Shown: positions 49,772 through 60,215 of the stretch, one piece after another
Position numbering within the stretch: position 1 is the stretch's first letter
Layout of the letters: each line of letters begins with the position of its first letter
Assembly (NCBI GenBank): GCA_958296135.2
Contig: CATQHZ020000001.1
Coordinates: 2,720,001-2,784,000, forward strand
DNA: 64,000 nt
Reading direction: 5' to 3'
Origin: an uncultured Poribacteria bacterium
GTDB taxonomy: Bacteria > Poribacteria > WGA-4E > WGA-3G
Program-made: the position numbers and the translations under genes
The notes under the pieces: model-generated
The model's input: the letters and a program-made list of their open reading frames with translations, nothing else
Told to the model about the DNA's origin: nothing
Databases searched by the model: none

Positions 49772-52700
49772 ATGCTACACGAAGACACCATTACCAGCAA
49801 ACTGGTGGCTCTCCTTGAAGAGATGCACACCGCGTGGAACATTGAACCCCAAAATACACAGACGTTCCTTCGCGAAAGTCAACGCCCGGATATCACTGTC
49901 AAAGAGAACGGCAGAAACCCCATCGTTATTGAGGTGAAAATTGACGAACCCAACGCTCCAAACCGCAGCGGCGAACCGCAGGCACGGAAGCATTTGGGTA
50001 GACAGCTCTCCTCTTATGAACAGGTAACAACCGCAATGGCGTTGCGCATACCGCATCAGTTTCGGCTCGCCGCCCACCGCGAATTAGATGAGGCACTCCG
50101 CCGAACCGATGAACTCCATTATGTCCTACTCAACCTTGACGAACATAGGAATGTCCACCGTTTTCCGAAAGAGGGGTGGGTAAAAGGGAGCCTCGCCGAT
50201 GTGGCGACAGCCATCCGCATCGGGGCCATTCCCAACGCCAGAGTCGACAAGGCCGCTTACGATTTAGAGCACGGCGTGAACGAAGCCGCCACGCTCATCG
50301 CTACCGCTGCCGAAACTCGCCCCGGCCTCGCCGAAAACGTGCAGCGGATTCTCTACCAAGAGGCAGGCGAACAAACGTATCGGATGGCGATGTTGATTAT
50401 CACGAACGCCTTTGTGTTTCAAAGTTCCCTCGCCGGCACATCCGAAATGGAACGTGTGCCTTCCCTCCTCCAACTCCGAACAGTGGAAGAGCGGCTGAAC
50501 TCCGATGACATCTTGGCGGCGTGGGATACCATCCGCAAAGTGAACTACCGGCCTATCTTTGATGTCGCGTACGAACTCATCCTCGCCCTAGCAACAGACG
50601 ATAGCCTCGTCGGCAGGGTGTTGTATCTGCTGCGGAACACCGCGCAAAAACTGGTAGACAGAGGCTTGGCGCAAGTCCACGAATTGGCTGGGATTGTGTT
50701 TCAACGGCTGATTGTGGATAGGAAATTCATCAAGACTTACTACACGCGCCCAGAATCGGTGGCTTTGCTCTCAACACTTGTTGTCCAACGCCGTGTGGTA
50801 GGGTTTCATAAAATAACGTATGTTAAGGGGGGGGGCAAGCAATGGCGTAGCGTGCTTATCCGACATTAAGGTGGCAGATCTCGCTTGTGGGACAGGCGCG
50901 TTGCTCAATGGCGTTTACCAACGTATCTTGGCACTGCACGAACAGGCGGGTGGTAACGGACGCGACATCCATCGGCACATGGTAGAAAATAACCTCGTCG
51001 GGTGCGACATTATGCCGAATGCGAGCCATCTGACAGCGGCGATTCTTGCGAGTGCCAATCCGGACATCAAGATTGGGCAGACGCGCATTCACACGATGGC
51101 ATACGGCTCGCAACGTTCGGATGGGCAATACGCGCTCGGCGCGCTGGATTTGCTGGAAAATCCGCAAGCAACGCTGCCGTTAGGCTTAATCAATACGGAG
51201 CGGGTACGGGGAGATGGCAGTTTCAATGCCGACGAAATTCCAGAATTTCAGCACGGTGAGATGGACATTGTTGTGGATAATCCACCGTTCACCCGTGTCG
51301 GAGCAGACAATAGCTCCCGCGACCCCGAGGTTCCTACAACGGTATTTGGGGATAGAGAGCCAAATGTCGCCGAGGCAATGCAAAGAGTCCTCGGAGAAAT
51401 TAGTTCCATCGGGAATACCAATGCCGGCCTCGGTTCCTACTTCGTTGACTTAGCGGATAGGATGTTAAAGCCGGACGGGGTTATGGGATTCGTGCTGCCT
51501 ATCATTGCCTTGACTTCTCCTCTGTGGCAGAAAGTCCGCGAACTGTGGACTCGGAAATATCACGACGTGGTGGTGATTACCATCGCCGATGCAGACATTG
51601 CAAACTGCGCCTTCTCCGCCGATACGAATATGGGAGAATGTCTCGTCGTCGCTACCAAAGGCAAAGCGGAAAGCACGGGACGGGGAACATTTGTCTGCCT
51701 GCACCGAAGACCCGGGAGCTACCTAGAAGGCGTTGAGATAGCGAAAAGCATCCAGAAACTTGAAAATGTCAGACGTTTTGAAGATGCCCCCATAGGCGGA
51801 AATCTCATCAAAGTCGGCGATGAAGAAAACGGATCCGCTCTAAATTGCCCACTACAAGCAGTTTGGGCGGCATCGCGCATGAGGAATTTTTCGCTGCTCC
51901 AATGCGCCTACCGGCTAATGGATGGACATCTCTGGTTGCCCACTCAACCGGATAAAGTTGAAATTCCGATGACTTCAGCTGGGAAGATTGCAACAATCTA
52001 TTCCTACGATCATCGCAAGAAATCGACGGGCCCCTTTGATATAGAAAAAGGGGCATCCGACGAAGACTTATATCCTGGCTTATGGCATGTCAAATCCGAG
52101 AACCAACGAACCATGGAAGTTAGCCCAGACTGCCACGGTATTATTCGTTCGGGTTCTTGGGAGAGGGCCCAGGAAATCTTAGACAAAAGGGGACGGGTGC
52201 ACCACAACGTAGCCTTACACTTCAACACAAATTCCTTAGCTGTTCTTTTCACGGAACAGCCGACACTCGGTGTCAATCTGCTCCCTAGCGTCAAATTTGA
52301 AAACCCGTTGTATGATTACGTCTGGACGCTGTGGGGAAATTCAACACTAGGTTTGTTATGCTACTGGATGCATTCTGCCAAACGGCAGACTGGGCGCGGG
52401 TGGATCCGTCTGACCGCGTTCCGCTCAATGCCAACGCTGGATGTCAGCAAACTAAACGAAACTGCCCTGCAGAACGCCAAGCGCATCTTTGAGGAAATGA
52501 AACATGAAGAGATGCTGCGGTTCCATCAGATGGACGAGGATGCGACGCGCCATAAGTTGGACCGGCGGCTGTTGTCGGAGGTGCTTGGTTTCAACGAAGA
52601 AACGTGCCCGGAGGTGCATGAAGGGATGCATCTCTTGCGTAAACGTCTACGCGCGGAGCCAAGTATCCACGGTGAGTCCCTTGTATCAGAGCATGAGTAG
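49772..52700 (+). pseudogene. Type IIG/IIL-like fused restriction-modification gene split into two ORFs (49772-50869, 50820-52700) at a G9 tract
   Basis: PD...IEVK nuclease and YYTRP in ORF1; DLACGTG and NPPF (amino-MTase) in ORF2; G9 at 50827-50835 lies in the overlap. Confidence 0.75.
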
Positions 52701-52783
52701 CATCCTGATGGTTTTGCAGGGACCTAGGTACGGCGAGGGACAGCCCCTCGCCCTACGGACAGTATAGCCAATTGGAGAATAAC

Positions 52784-53581
52784 ATGAAAAACCGATTTGG
52801 GTTTGATGCACCGAAGCACAAACCGATTGAAGAATCCATTCAATGGGCAGCGGATAACGGGTTTGGGTATATCGATTTCCAAGCAGACGTTCCGCCGAAC
52901 GATATTGCCTCATTTGACGAAGCGCGCGTCCGCACCGTGCATTATCTGTGTGAAAAACACGACATTTCTATCGGCATCCATCCCTCCTCCGCAATTAACA
53001 ACGCCGAGTATGTGCCGATAATGGCCGAAGCAGTGGATAGATACCTCCATGCGAATTTAGAACTAGCGGCGCGGTTAGGGTGTGGCTGGCTGATAGGACA
53101 TGGTGGGTATCATTTCGGCGATGTGCCTCAACGGCGCGCCGCGGCGATTGCACGGATACAGCGGTTGGTAGACAGCGCGGCACAGGCAGAGATTACCGTC
53201 TTCTTTGAGAACCACAATCGGGAGCCGGAACTCTCGGAAATGCACTATATCCCGCATAACGTTGCGGAAACGCAAGCGTTTTTCGACGCGATTCAGTCCC
53301 CTTATTTTCAGTGGGCGTTCAACGTCGCGCACGGACATCTGGTGCCGGAGGGCTGGCAAGGCTTCTTGGATGCGTTCGGCGTAGCAAACATCGGGCAGGT
53401 GCGCCTCAACGACAATCGCGGTGATTACGAGGTGCATCTCGTCCCCGGCGAGGGGACGATTGATTTTGAGGCGTTATTTGCGGCATTGCAGGGGCGCGGG
53501 TATTCGGGCTGGTTCAGCCTCGGTTTCGGCGATGATGCGGATAAGGTTCAGGTACGGCAGCAGTTTGCGGCGTACTTGTAG
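52784..53581 (+). CDS. Sugar phosphate isomerase/epimerase (xylose isomerase-like TIM barrel)
   Basis: FEN, NVAH, LNDN...HLVPGEGTIDF. Confidence 0.8.
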   Translation: MKNRFGFDAPKHKPIEESIQWAADNGFGYIDFQADVPPNDIASFDEARVRTVHYLCEKHDISIGIHPSSAINNAEYVPIMAEAVDRYLHANLELAARLGCGWLIGHGGYHFGDVPQRRAAAIARIQRLVDSAAQAEITVFFENHNREPELSEMHYIPHNVAETQAFFDAIQSPYFQWAFNVAHGHLVPEGWQGFLDAFGVANIGQVRLNDNRGDYEVHLVPGEGTIDFEALFAALQGRGYSGWFSLGFGDDADKVQVRQQFAAYL

Positions 53582-53663
53582 AGCGCGTGGAAGTGAAGGG
53601 ATTTTTCTTCACACAAGCGTTTTTTGCAGGGTGTCCTATTTGCAAGTCAAAAGGGAAGGAAGT

Positions 53664-53798
53664 ATGGTAGCCTCCCATCAGTACGATTCAGAATACATCC
53701 CGAGTCGTGACAAAGTAGTGTGGATTAACTTCGCCCCTCAAACCGGCGTTGAAATCATGAAACATCGGCCAGCCCTTATCCTATGTGGAAGTGGCTAG
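53664..53798 (+). pseudogene. Truncated MazF/PemK toxin fragment
   Basis: YIPSRDKVVWINFAPQTGVEIMKHRPALIL followed by a stop after 44 aa. Confidence 0.75.
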
Positions 53799-53842
53799 GA
53801 TAGAGGAGACAATTTTATGGGATTGCGTTTCGTCAATTTGGC

Positions 53843-55804
53843 TCAACGGTAAAACGAATAAACCGAAACACCCCAAATCAGCCGGACCAGCACCCAAGCA
53901 CCCCCGACGATAAATTGCCCGAGAATCAGCCCCAAAAAGAGCGGTAACACCCGATGATACAGACGGATGCCGCCAAATCGTAAGATGATGCTCTTAATCG
54001 CCCAACTTATCAGCACGGAAAACCAAAGCCAGCCAAACGTCCAGATACTGCTCGCAACGGCATAGCCGGTGGGATGAAAGGGGAACATCGGGAAACGGGT
54101 GCGCAGCCACCACAGCAAACCGGTGAACAGAAAGCCTGCACCCATGAAAATAACCGCAGGGATGTTCGTTTCGGTTGGGTAATAGAGCCATGAGCGGAGC
54201 ATGTTGTAACCGCCGCTACCCAAACCCGGATTCGCGCCGATGTTATAGGAGACAACCAGATACGCCCAGAACGAGGCAAGGATACCAAAAAAGATGGCGC
54301 ACATCATCGCCACTACCATGCGCCCAGCGCGCATGTTCGCTACCTCAACGAGTTTGAATCCCTCCAGCGTATGGGGCATCGGATGCGCGCGATACCCACG
54401 ATTAAAGGCGAAATAGAGCGACATCATCGTCAGACTCGGCGGCGGAATCGGACGCGAACCGAGCGCGTCGATGATGAACTGCCGCGGATTTGCGACAAAC
54501 ATCTCGTGTGTCGGTGGGCCGACTTCAGCGCGCACGCGCGTAATGCCTAACGCAAGCAGGTAATAGATGGCGAAATAGAGGGCTATCATCCAGACTGCCA
54601 TGCCGCCTTGATTCGAGAAAATGAAGAGAAAAAGCACACCACCGATTAACCCTGCCACCGGCCAGCGGTAATCGGTTGAATCTTGCATTTCTTCAGAAGA
54701 ACCGGTAGACGCGCGCCGGAAGCGCGCAAAAGAACCTATCAGGCCTTTGAAAACGGCATAAAAGTGCTTACGCCCGCCGTAAAGCCCAAAACAAGCGATG
54801 GCGAGATACGCGCCGACTCCCTGAGGGCCGTCATAAGGGAACCCCGGCAAAACTTGTAGGCCCATCGCCCTGCCGAGGATGCGCTCGCCTTTCCAGAAAA
54901 GGTAAAAAAACCACAGAGAAAACGACATCTCCAGCGGCATCAAGAACGCAAGCCCCACCCCGAATGAGAGGATATAGACGGGTGTCCACCCCATCGCATC
55001 CCACGGCTTTTCGGTGAAATAGATGCCCAAGTCTGCTTTACGCACCGGGATTTCGGGAAACGTCGGAAAGAAGGCGTGGATACCGTTAATCAGATCGATG
55101 CTTCCCGCAATCGCGAACCCCAGCCACAACATTTTGTTTTTGAAGAGCCGCCCATCCGAGTGTGTCATCTCTACTGGCAAGCGGACAATCGGATACGTCA
55201 ACCGCTCCCGTTCAATCCACTGCTTGCGGAGAAGTAAATCGATGCAAATCATCACCCACATCAGCACGGACAGAAAGACAGTCCACCATAAAATCGGTTC
55301 CCACCACGCGGAGAGATACCTTCCCGTGTAAAAGGTGGTATCGCCATCGTAAAAATCTTGCAAAACGGAGAGTTCGCTGAGCGTCATCCAATTCGGTAGG
55401 TATCGCCAGAAGAGTTGCTGCCATTCGTTTTCAGGCGTGGCAAACCAGAAGCCGTTCGGGATAACGGGAACGACGGTTTGCATCATGTCATGCCCCGCGA
55501 TAGCTGAGGAGATGGACAAGATGACATAGATTGTGAGCAGCTCACCCTGCCGGAGGGCAAACCGCGGCAGCAGCCATTTGAACAGGAAATTGAGGCATGT
55601 CAACACCGTCAGCGTCACTACCACGTTGTAAATCAGCGACATCGTGGTGGGCAAAGTGCTCCAGTAACGGAGGTGGTTTGCCATGATAAAATAGGTGTTC
55701 GGCAGAATCAGGAGAACCCCAAGCAGAATCGCGCGAAAGGTGACACCGGGATGCCTATTTTGAGAGTGTGGATGTTGCACGTGGAGTTCTGTGTTGTTTT
55801 GCAT
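53843..55804 (-). CDS. Large multi-pass membrane protein (DUF6785/DUF6784-like, putative transporter)
   Basis: ELLTIY, RKQW...ERLTYP, PFHPTGY, LFLGLILG. Confidence 0.75.
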   Translation of the reverse strand: MQNNTELHVQHPHSQNRHPGVTFRAILLGVLLILPNTYFIMANHLRYWSTLPTTMSLIYNVVVTLTVLTCLNFLFKWLLPRFALRQGELLTIYVILSISSAIAGHDMMQTVVPVIPNGFWFATPENEWQQLFWRYLPNWMTLSELSVLQDFYDGDTTFYTGRYLSAWWEPILWWTVFLSVLMWVMICIDLLLRKQWIERERLTYPIVRLPVEMTHSDGRLFKNKMLWLGFAIAGSIDLINGIHAFFPTFPEIPVRKADLGIYFTEKPWDAMGWTPVYILSFGVGLAFLMPLEMSFSLWFFYLFWKGERILGRAMGLQVLPGFPYDGPQGVGAYLAIACFGLYGGRKHFYAVFKGLIGSFARFRRASTGSSEEMQDSTDYRWPVAGLIGGVLFLFIFSNQGGMAVWMIALYFAIYYLLALGITRVRAEVGPPTHEMFVANPRQFIIDALGSRPIPPPSLTMMSLYFAFNRGYRAHPMPHTLEGFKLVEVANMRAGRMVVAMMCAIFFGILASFWAYLVVSYNIGANPGLGSGGYNMLRSWLYYPTETNIPAVIFMGAGFLFTGLLWWLRTRFPMFPFHPTGYAVASSIWTFGWLWFSVLISWAIKSIILRFGGIRLYHRVLPLFLGLILGQFIVGGAWVLVRLIWGVSVYSFYR

Positions 55805-55840
55805 AAGCCTCGTCAGAAAATAAAAATGAGTTCATTTAAA

Positions 55841-55910
55841 ATTATACCTCATTTGGTTTCTTGATGCAAGTCATTTTTTACTTGACTTTTTATGCAAATT
55901 TTGGTATAAT
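55841..55910. promoter_or_regulatory. Divergent sigma70 promoters
   Basis: Plus strand TTGACT(55882)-N17-TATAAT(55905); minus strand TTGCAT-N17-TATAAT. Confidence 0.65.
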
Positions 55911-55950
55911 ATTATTCAGTATCACACAAATCGGCGGAAATCAGGCGCAA

Positions 55951-56202
55951 ATGGCAACGTATCAAATTTTGTATTGGAGAGATATCCCCGCGCAGATAAG
56001 GGTTTATAAGGGAAAACGGCGCATCTCGCGCCAGATGCCTCAACGCTTTCAGAACCGCATCGACCGGATTGCGATGCAGGAGGGCATCGTCGGCAGTGAG
56101 GCGTATCTGGAGCAGTGGCACTGGAGCGAAAAACAGGAGATGCCCGGCGCACCTCACGCCGTTTTGGATACACTCATTCAAGAACTGAGCGGAGAACGCT
56201 AG
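55951..56202 (+). CDS. 'Virulence factor' (CvfA/YWRDIP) family small protein
   Basis: YWRDIPAQ...RF...ID..AM....Y...W. Confidence 0.8.
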   Translation: MATYQILYWRDIPAQIRVYKGKRRISRQMPQRFQNRIDRIAMQEGIVGSEAYLEQWHWSEKQEMPGAPHAVLDTLIQELSGER

Positions 56203-56207
56203 AAACA

Positions 56208-57212
56208 GTGAAGAAAACTTTTCGAGAAAGATTAACCTCTGACGAACCGATGCTCTACGACGGCGGGTTTGGCACGCAGCTGTTCGCTCGCGGCATAGAA
56301 CTCGCCAATAGCGCGCTTGCCAACGAATTGCATCCCAACGCTGTTGCAGATATTCACGCCGTGTATATTCGCGCGGGCGCAGAGGCTATCGGAACAAACA
56401 CCTTTGTCGTTTCTCCCTTGCATCTGCAAATGGCGGGACAGGAAAAATCGGACGCACGAAGACTCACACGGCTCGCCGCTCAGCACGCAAAGATGGCGGT
56501 TGAACAAATGGAATCCTCTCAGGTATATATCGCCGGTTCAATCGGGCCGTCGCCCGGTGCCATTGAAGCAGACAGCGGCGATACAACCTTCGGCATCGCA
56601 AACGCCGAGGTAAGGGAAGCGCATAAACTCGTTATCCACACCCTTGCAGAAGAAGGCGTAGATTTTCTCTGCCTTGAGACGATGTTTTCCGCCAAAGAAG
56701 CCGCCATCGCTGTCGATATTGCGCGTGAGACAGGACTGCCGATTGCTGTCAATCTGACATACAAATGGACAAAAAATCGGCGCACCGGCGACATTATCTA
56801 CCGAACCGACTGGGGACATTCTCCGAAGGACCTGCTCCAGATTCTCGGAGACGACTCGCTGTTAAATGCTGTTGACATCATCGGAATTAACTGCGGGGCC
56901 GAAACACGGCGCGCCGAACATACCGGCATGCCGTATGCGATTACCGGCACGCAGCAACTCCGCGCGGCACTCGCCGAAATGCACATCCGGGACAAACGGG
57001 TGATGGCATACCCAAACGCCGGGATGCCGCAACTTGACAAAAATATGAAAACTGTCTACGCGCAAACGCCAGAGGAAATGGCGAGTCACATCCCAACGCT
57101 GATTGAAACAGGGGCATATCTTATCGGAGGGTGTTGTGGCACAACGCCAGCGCATATCAAAGCGTTCCGTAAACGGATAGCGAAAAATGGAAACGGTAAC
57201 ACTCAAATATAA
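56208..57212 (+). CDS. Homocysteine S-methyltransferase domain protein
   Basis: DGGFGT, TNTF, AGSIGP, GINC, PNAG, GGCCGTTP. Confidence 0.9.
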   Translation: MKKTFRERLTSDEPMLYDGGFGTQLFARGIELANSALANELHPNAVADIHAVYIRAGAEAIGTNTFVVSPLHLQMAGQEKSDARRLTRLAAQHAKMAVEQMESSQVYIAGSIGPSPGAIEADSGDTTFGIANAEVREAHKLVIHTLAEEGVDFLCLETMFSAKEAAIAVDIARETGLPIAVNLTYKWTKNRRTGDIIYRTDWGHSPKDLLQILGDDSLLNAVDIIGINCGAETRRAEHTGMPYAITGTQQLRAALAEMHIRDKRVMAYPNAGMPQLDKNMKTVYAQTPEEMASHIPTLIETGAYLIGGCCGTTPAHIKAFRKRIAKNGNGNTQI

Positions 57213-57687
57213 AAGACTGCCAGACCGGGTTTCACACTTCCAGCAGCGGCTGCACTATGAAGATGAGAACATCATCGTCACATCGCAACGAGTTAAGCCA
57301 TCCTCGCCTATTGTACATAACGGTGAAACGGTGCTGGGAGAGAACTTCACCGCTGTCTGGTTCGTGTTTACGGGGCAGTGGTACGACATCGGGAAAATCT
57401 ACAACCTCAATAACGAGTGGACCGGCTATTATTGCGATATTATTGTGCCGGTGATACGGACAAAAAGCCGTTTTGAAATAACCGACCTGTTCTTGGATCT
57501 CTGGGTATATCCCGATGGCAGTTATGAGATTCAGGATGAGGACGAGTTTGAGGCGGCAATTCAGGCCGGCGCGATTGACACCGACTTGGCCCGAAAAGCG
57601 CGCAAGGCACTTAACGCCTTAATCGCGGAAGTTGAATCAGGAGAATTCCCGCCGCAAATCGTGAGAACCGAAAACGGAATTGTGTGA
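57187..57687 (+). CDS. DUF402 family protein
   Basis: GYYCDI, DLFLDL.V, DEDEF. Confidence 0.85.
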   Translation: METVTLKYKRLPDRVSHFQQRLHYEDENIIVTSQRVKPSSPIVHNGETVLGENFTAVWFVFTGQWYDIGKIYNLNNEWTGYYCDIIVPVIRTKSRFEITDLFLDLWVYPDGSYEIQDEDEFEAAIQAGAIDTDLARKARKALNALIAEVESGEFPPQIVRTENGIV

Positions 57688-57689
57688 AA

Positions 57690-58008
57690 CGCGTGTCAAT
57701 CTATTTGCAATTCTGGGTACCTGTTGCTTGAGCCGTCTCGTTGATGAACTCACACAAAACCGGATTCTTCGGGAAGCCGAAGGGGTAAGCAACTTGAAGA
57801 ACTCGGGTTCAAACATGAGGACGCGTTGCACATCGCATGTGCCGAAAGCGGCAACGCGGCCATCTTATTGACAACCGATGACAAGTTCCTCAGCAGGGCG
57901 CAACACCATGCTGATAAACTTCGCGTCCGAGTTGAAAACCCTTATACATGGTTACAGGAGAACCCTGGCAATGAACATCTTCAAGATGACCGAGCTGGAA
58001 ATTTATGA
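57690..58008 (+). pseudogene. Degenerate PIN/VapC toxin
   Basis: LGTCCLSRLVDELTQNRILREAE in one frame; DALHIACAE...LLTTDDKF...ENP in another. Confidence 0.7.
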
Positions 58009-58435
58009 AGTCGGCATCGAAATTCTGAGGGAGAAACTTGGCCCTGCCATCGATCGGTTTCTCCCACAGTGCAAACCGGGCAAAGGCAACTGGTCCGTTG
58101 ACCGGCACAAATGGATAAATAAAGAGCGGGATGTAGAGACACTCGCTCGACGCATCCAACAAGAGCGCGAGAAGAGGCGCGCGCAGGAACAAGAAGAGGC
58201 ACGTTTGAGACAGCACTGCGCTGCCGCAAGTCACGCCGAAATCCTAAAAATGACAGATTTGGAAATTTACAAAACTGGCATTGAAGTGCTTGGTGAAAGA
58301 CTTGGCCCTGCCGGGATGTCCCGGTTTCATAGGTACTGCGCACAGCGCAACGGCACAAAAGACGAGCGACGCAGCGAGACGGCCGCCAGTTATAAACCAC
58401 AGCCGCCCTTGCAGGAAACGCATCCTTCCCAATAG
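57971..58435 (+). CDS. Putative antitoxin with an internally duplicated domain
   Basis: MT(E/D)LEIY..GIE.L...LGPA...RF occurs twice. Confidence 0.65.
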   Translation: MNIFKMTELEIYEVGIEILREKLGPAIDRFLPQCKPGKGNWSVDRHKWINKERDVETLARRIQQEREKRRAQEQEEARLRQHCAAASHAEILKMTDLEIYKTGIEVLGERLGPAGMSRFHRYCAQRNGTKDERRSETAASYKPQPPLQETHPSQ

Positions 58436-58543
58436 GCGCGAACACTTAGATAGCATAACTGACTGTAGGGCGAGGGTCTACAGTCACTGGCAGTCACTGG
58501 GTGGATTATTGGGAAAACGCAAGGACTCCGAAAAAATAAGATA

Positions 58544-58573
58544 TTGATATTTATTTACAATTAATGGTATAAT
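58544..58573 (+). promoter_or_regulatory. sigma70-type promoter for the terminal operon
   Basis: TTGATA-N18-TATAAT with TG extension, in an AT-rich gap. Confidence 0.6.
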
Positions 58574-58632
58574 AAATGCAACAAAACCCCGTTGTCTCAA
58601 TCAAAATCGGGTAAACCTTTAACAAACAACTT

Positions 58633-60024
58633 TTGAGCGGAGGCAGAGTTACGAAGAACCTCTTTTTTCCAATCGGCGGCGGAAATGAAATCGGCGCGAG
58701 CTGCTACTTTATCCAGTTAAACGGTGCAAAACTCCTCTTGGATTCGGGCATTCGGTTGCATTCCGATTCTACTTTTCCGCGCTTCGATTCGCTTTATGCA
58801 CAAAACTACCTCGATGGCTTGTGGGAGCTGGAGGGAATACTGCTCTCTCACGGACACCTAGACCATGTCGGTTCACTTCCGAATGTCGTCACCGAAGCAC
58901 CGGATGTGCCCATCTACGCGACTCAGGCGACACATGACATTATGGAGATGCAACTGAGCCAAGCCGTAGATGGGGACTCTGTCCCGGATGCAACTTGGCA
59001 GGACTTTCGAGAAGTGCAGCAGTTCAACGCGACCCGGGTGGAACGCGCATTAGAAAACGTTCGGTTCGTTGAATGGGATGAACCTTTTCTCCTAGAGTAC
59101 CAGGGAAGCGTGCGATATCCTCCCGTGCAAGTCACGTTCTATCCTGCCGGGCACATCCTCGGTGCTAGCATGATTTACGTCCAATCCGACGCGGGAAACA
59201 TTTTGTTTAGCGGCGACTTTACGCCGTTCGACCAGATGACTGTCCCAAAGTATCAGATTCCGGACAATTTGGACGTGGATTTACTCATTGCTGAATCGAC
59301 ATACGGGTATCAGGAGGGAACTTACGCGGGAAATGTCGGTGAAGAACGCGAAATCTTCGCGCAAAAAATCGAGCGATGCTTGAACAATAAAGGCAGTGTG
59401 CTCATTCCTGCATTTGCAATCGGAAGGAGCCAGGAACTTGCCCTGATTTTGCAGAACCTCATCCACTCCAAACGGTTGATGCCGTTCACGATTTACATTG
59501 ACGGGCTCGCACAAACGGCTTGTGAGATTTATCAAAATAACGGCGTACGCGTCTTCGGATATCAGGTAGGTAAAGCACCCCGCGGGCTTATCGAAAACCT
59601 TGACATCTTTAACGGCGTGCTCATCGCTAGTTCTGGGATGTTACTCGATAAGAGTGCCTCAGCACGCTACGCTGAAAAACTGCTACCCGACTCAAGGAAC
59701 GCTATTTTCTTTAGCGGCTACCTTGATGAAGAGAGCCCAGGGCGACGGCTAGAACGATTGTATCGGAGCAAAGGCGAACAGTTTCGACTCAATGACAGAA
59801 GTGTGCCTGTCCACGCAAATGTTGATACATACCGGCTCTCTGCACACACCGACAGCGAGGGGATTCTCTCGCTCATTGAAAAAGTTTATCCTAAGAAAGT
59901 CGTTTTCGTTCACGGGTACCCGCAACAGCGGACCGTGGTTAACGTCTATAGTGAAACCTTCCGGCGGTTCGGAAGAGATATAGAGGTCTATCAAGCCACC
60001 AACGGCACGCCTATCTATTTCTAA
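58633..60024 (+). CDS. Metallo-beta-lactamase/beta-CASP nuclease (CPSF73/Ysh1-like)
   Basis: EIGASC, LLDSG, SHGHLDH, AGHILG, SGD, ESTYG, PAFAIGRSQE, SSGML, SAH, VHG. Confidence 0.9.
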   Translation: MSGGRVTKNLFFPIGGGNEIGASCYFIQLNGAKLLLDSGIRLHSDSTFPRFDSLYAQNYLDGLWELEGILLSHGHLDHVGSLPNVVTEAPDVPIYATQATHDIMEMQLSQAVDGDSVPDATWQDFREVQQFNATRVERALENVRFVEWDEPFLLEYQGSVRYPPVQVTFYPAGHILGASMIYVQSDAGNILFSGDFTPFDQMTVPKYQIPDNLDVDLLIAESTYGYQEGTYAGNVGEEREIFAQKIERCLNNKGSVLIPAFAIGRSQELALILQNLIHSKRLMPFTIYIDGLAQTACEIYQNNGVRVFGYQVGKAPRGLIENLDIFNGVLIASSGMLLDKSASARYAEKLLPDSRNAIFFSGYLDEESPGRRLERLYRSKGEQFRLNDRSVPVHANVDTYRLSAHTDSEGILSLIEKVYPKKVVFVHGYPQQRTVVNVYSETFRRFGRDIEVYQATNGTPIYF

Positions 60025-60215
60025 CGAACCATCGGAATAAAAAATCGGGTATGAGGCATCCGGCCTCAAACCATTGATAGCATCGGTAAGGATGCAAAAC
60101 TTTGCATCGAGAACGTAGTCATCGACAACGGCGATGACAGCCCTGGTAAAATCACGTCATTGCACCAGGAACCTCAAACGCGTTCCGAAATACGAAAGAG
60201 ACAGAGGTACCATAC

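Noticed and set aside
55951-56202. 'Virulence factor' family name as evidence of pathogenicity
   Set aside because: The name is historical; here the gene sits with a homocysteine methyltransferase, a metabolic context.
60025-60215. Possible small gene between the beta-CASP and GrpE-like genes
   Set aside because: There is a stop-free stretch in the beta-CASP frame, but it has no convincing start or RBS.
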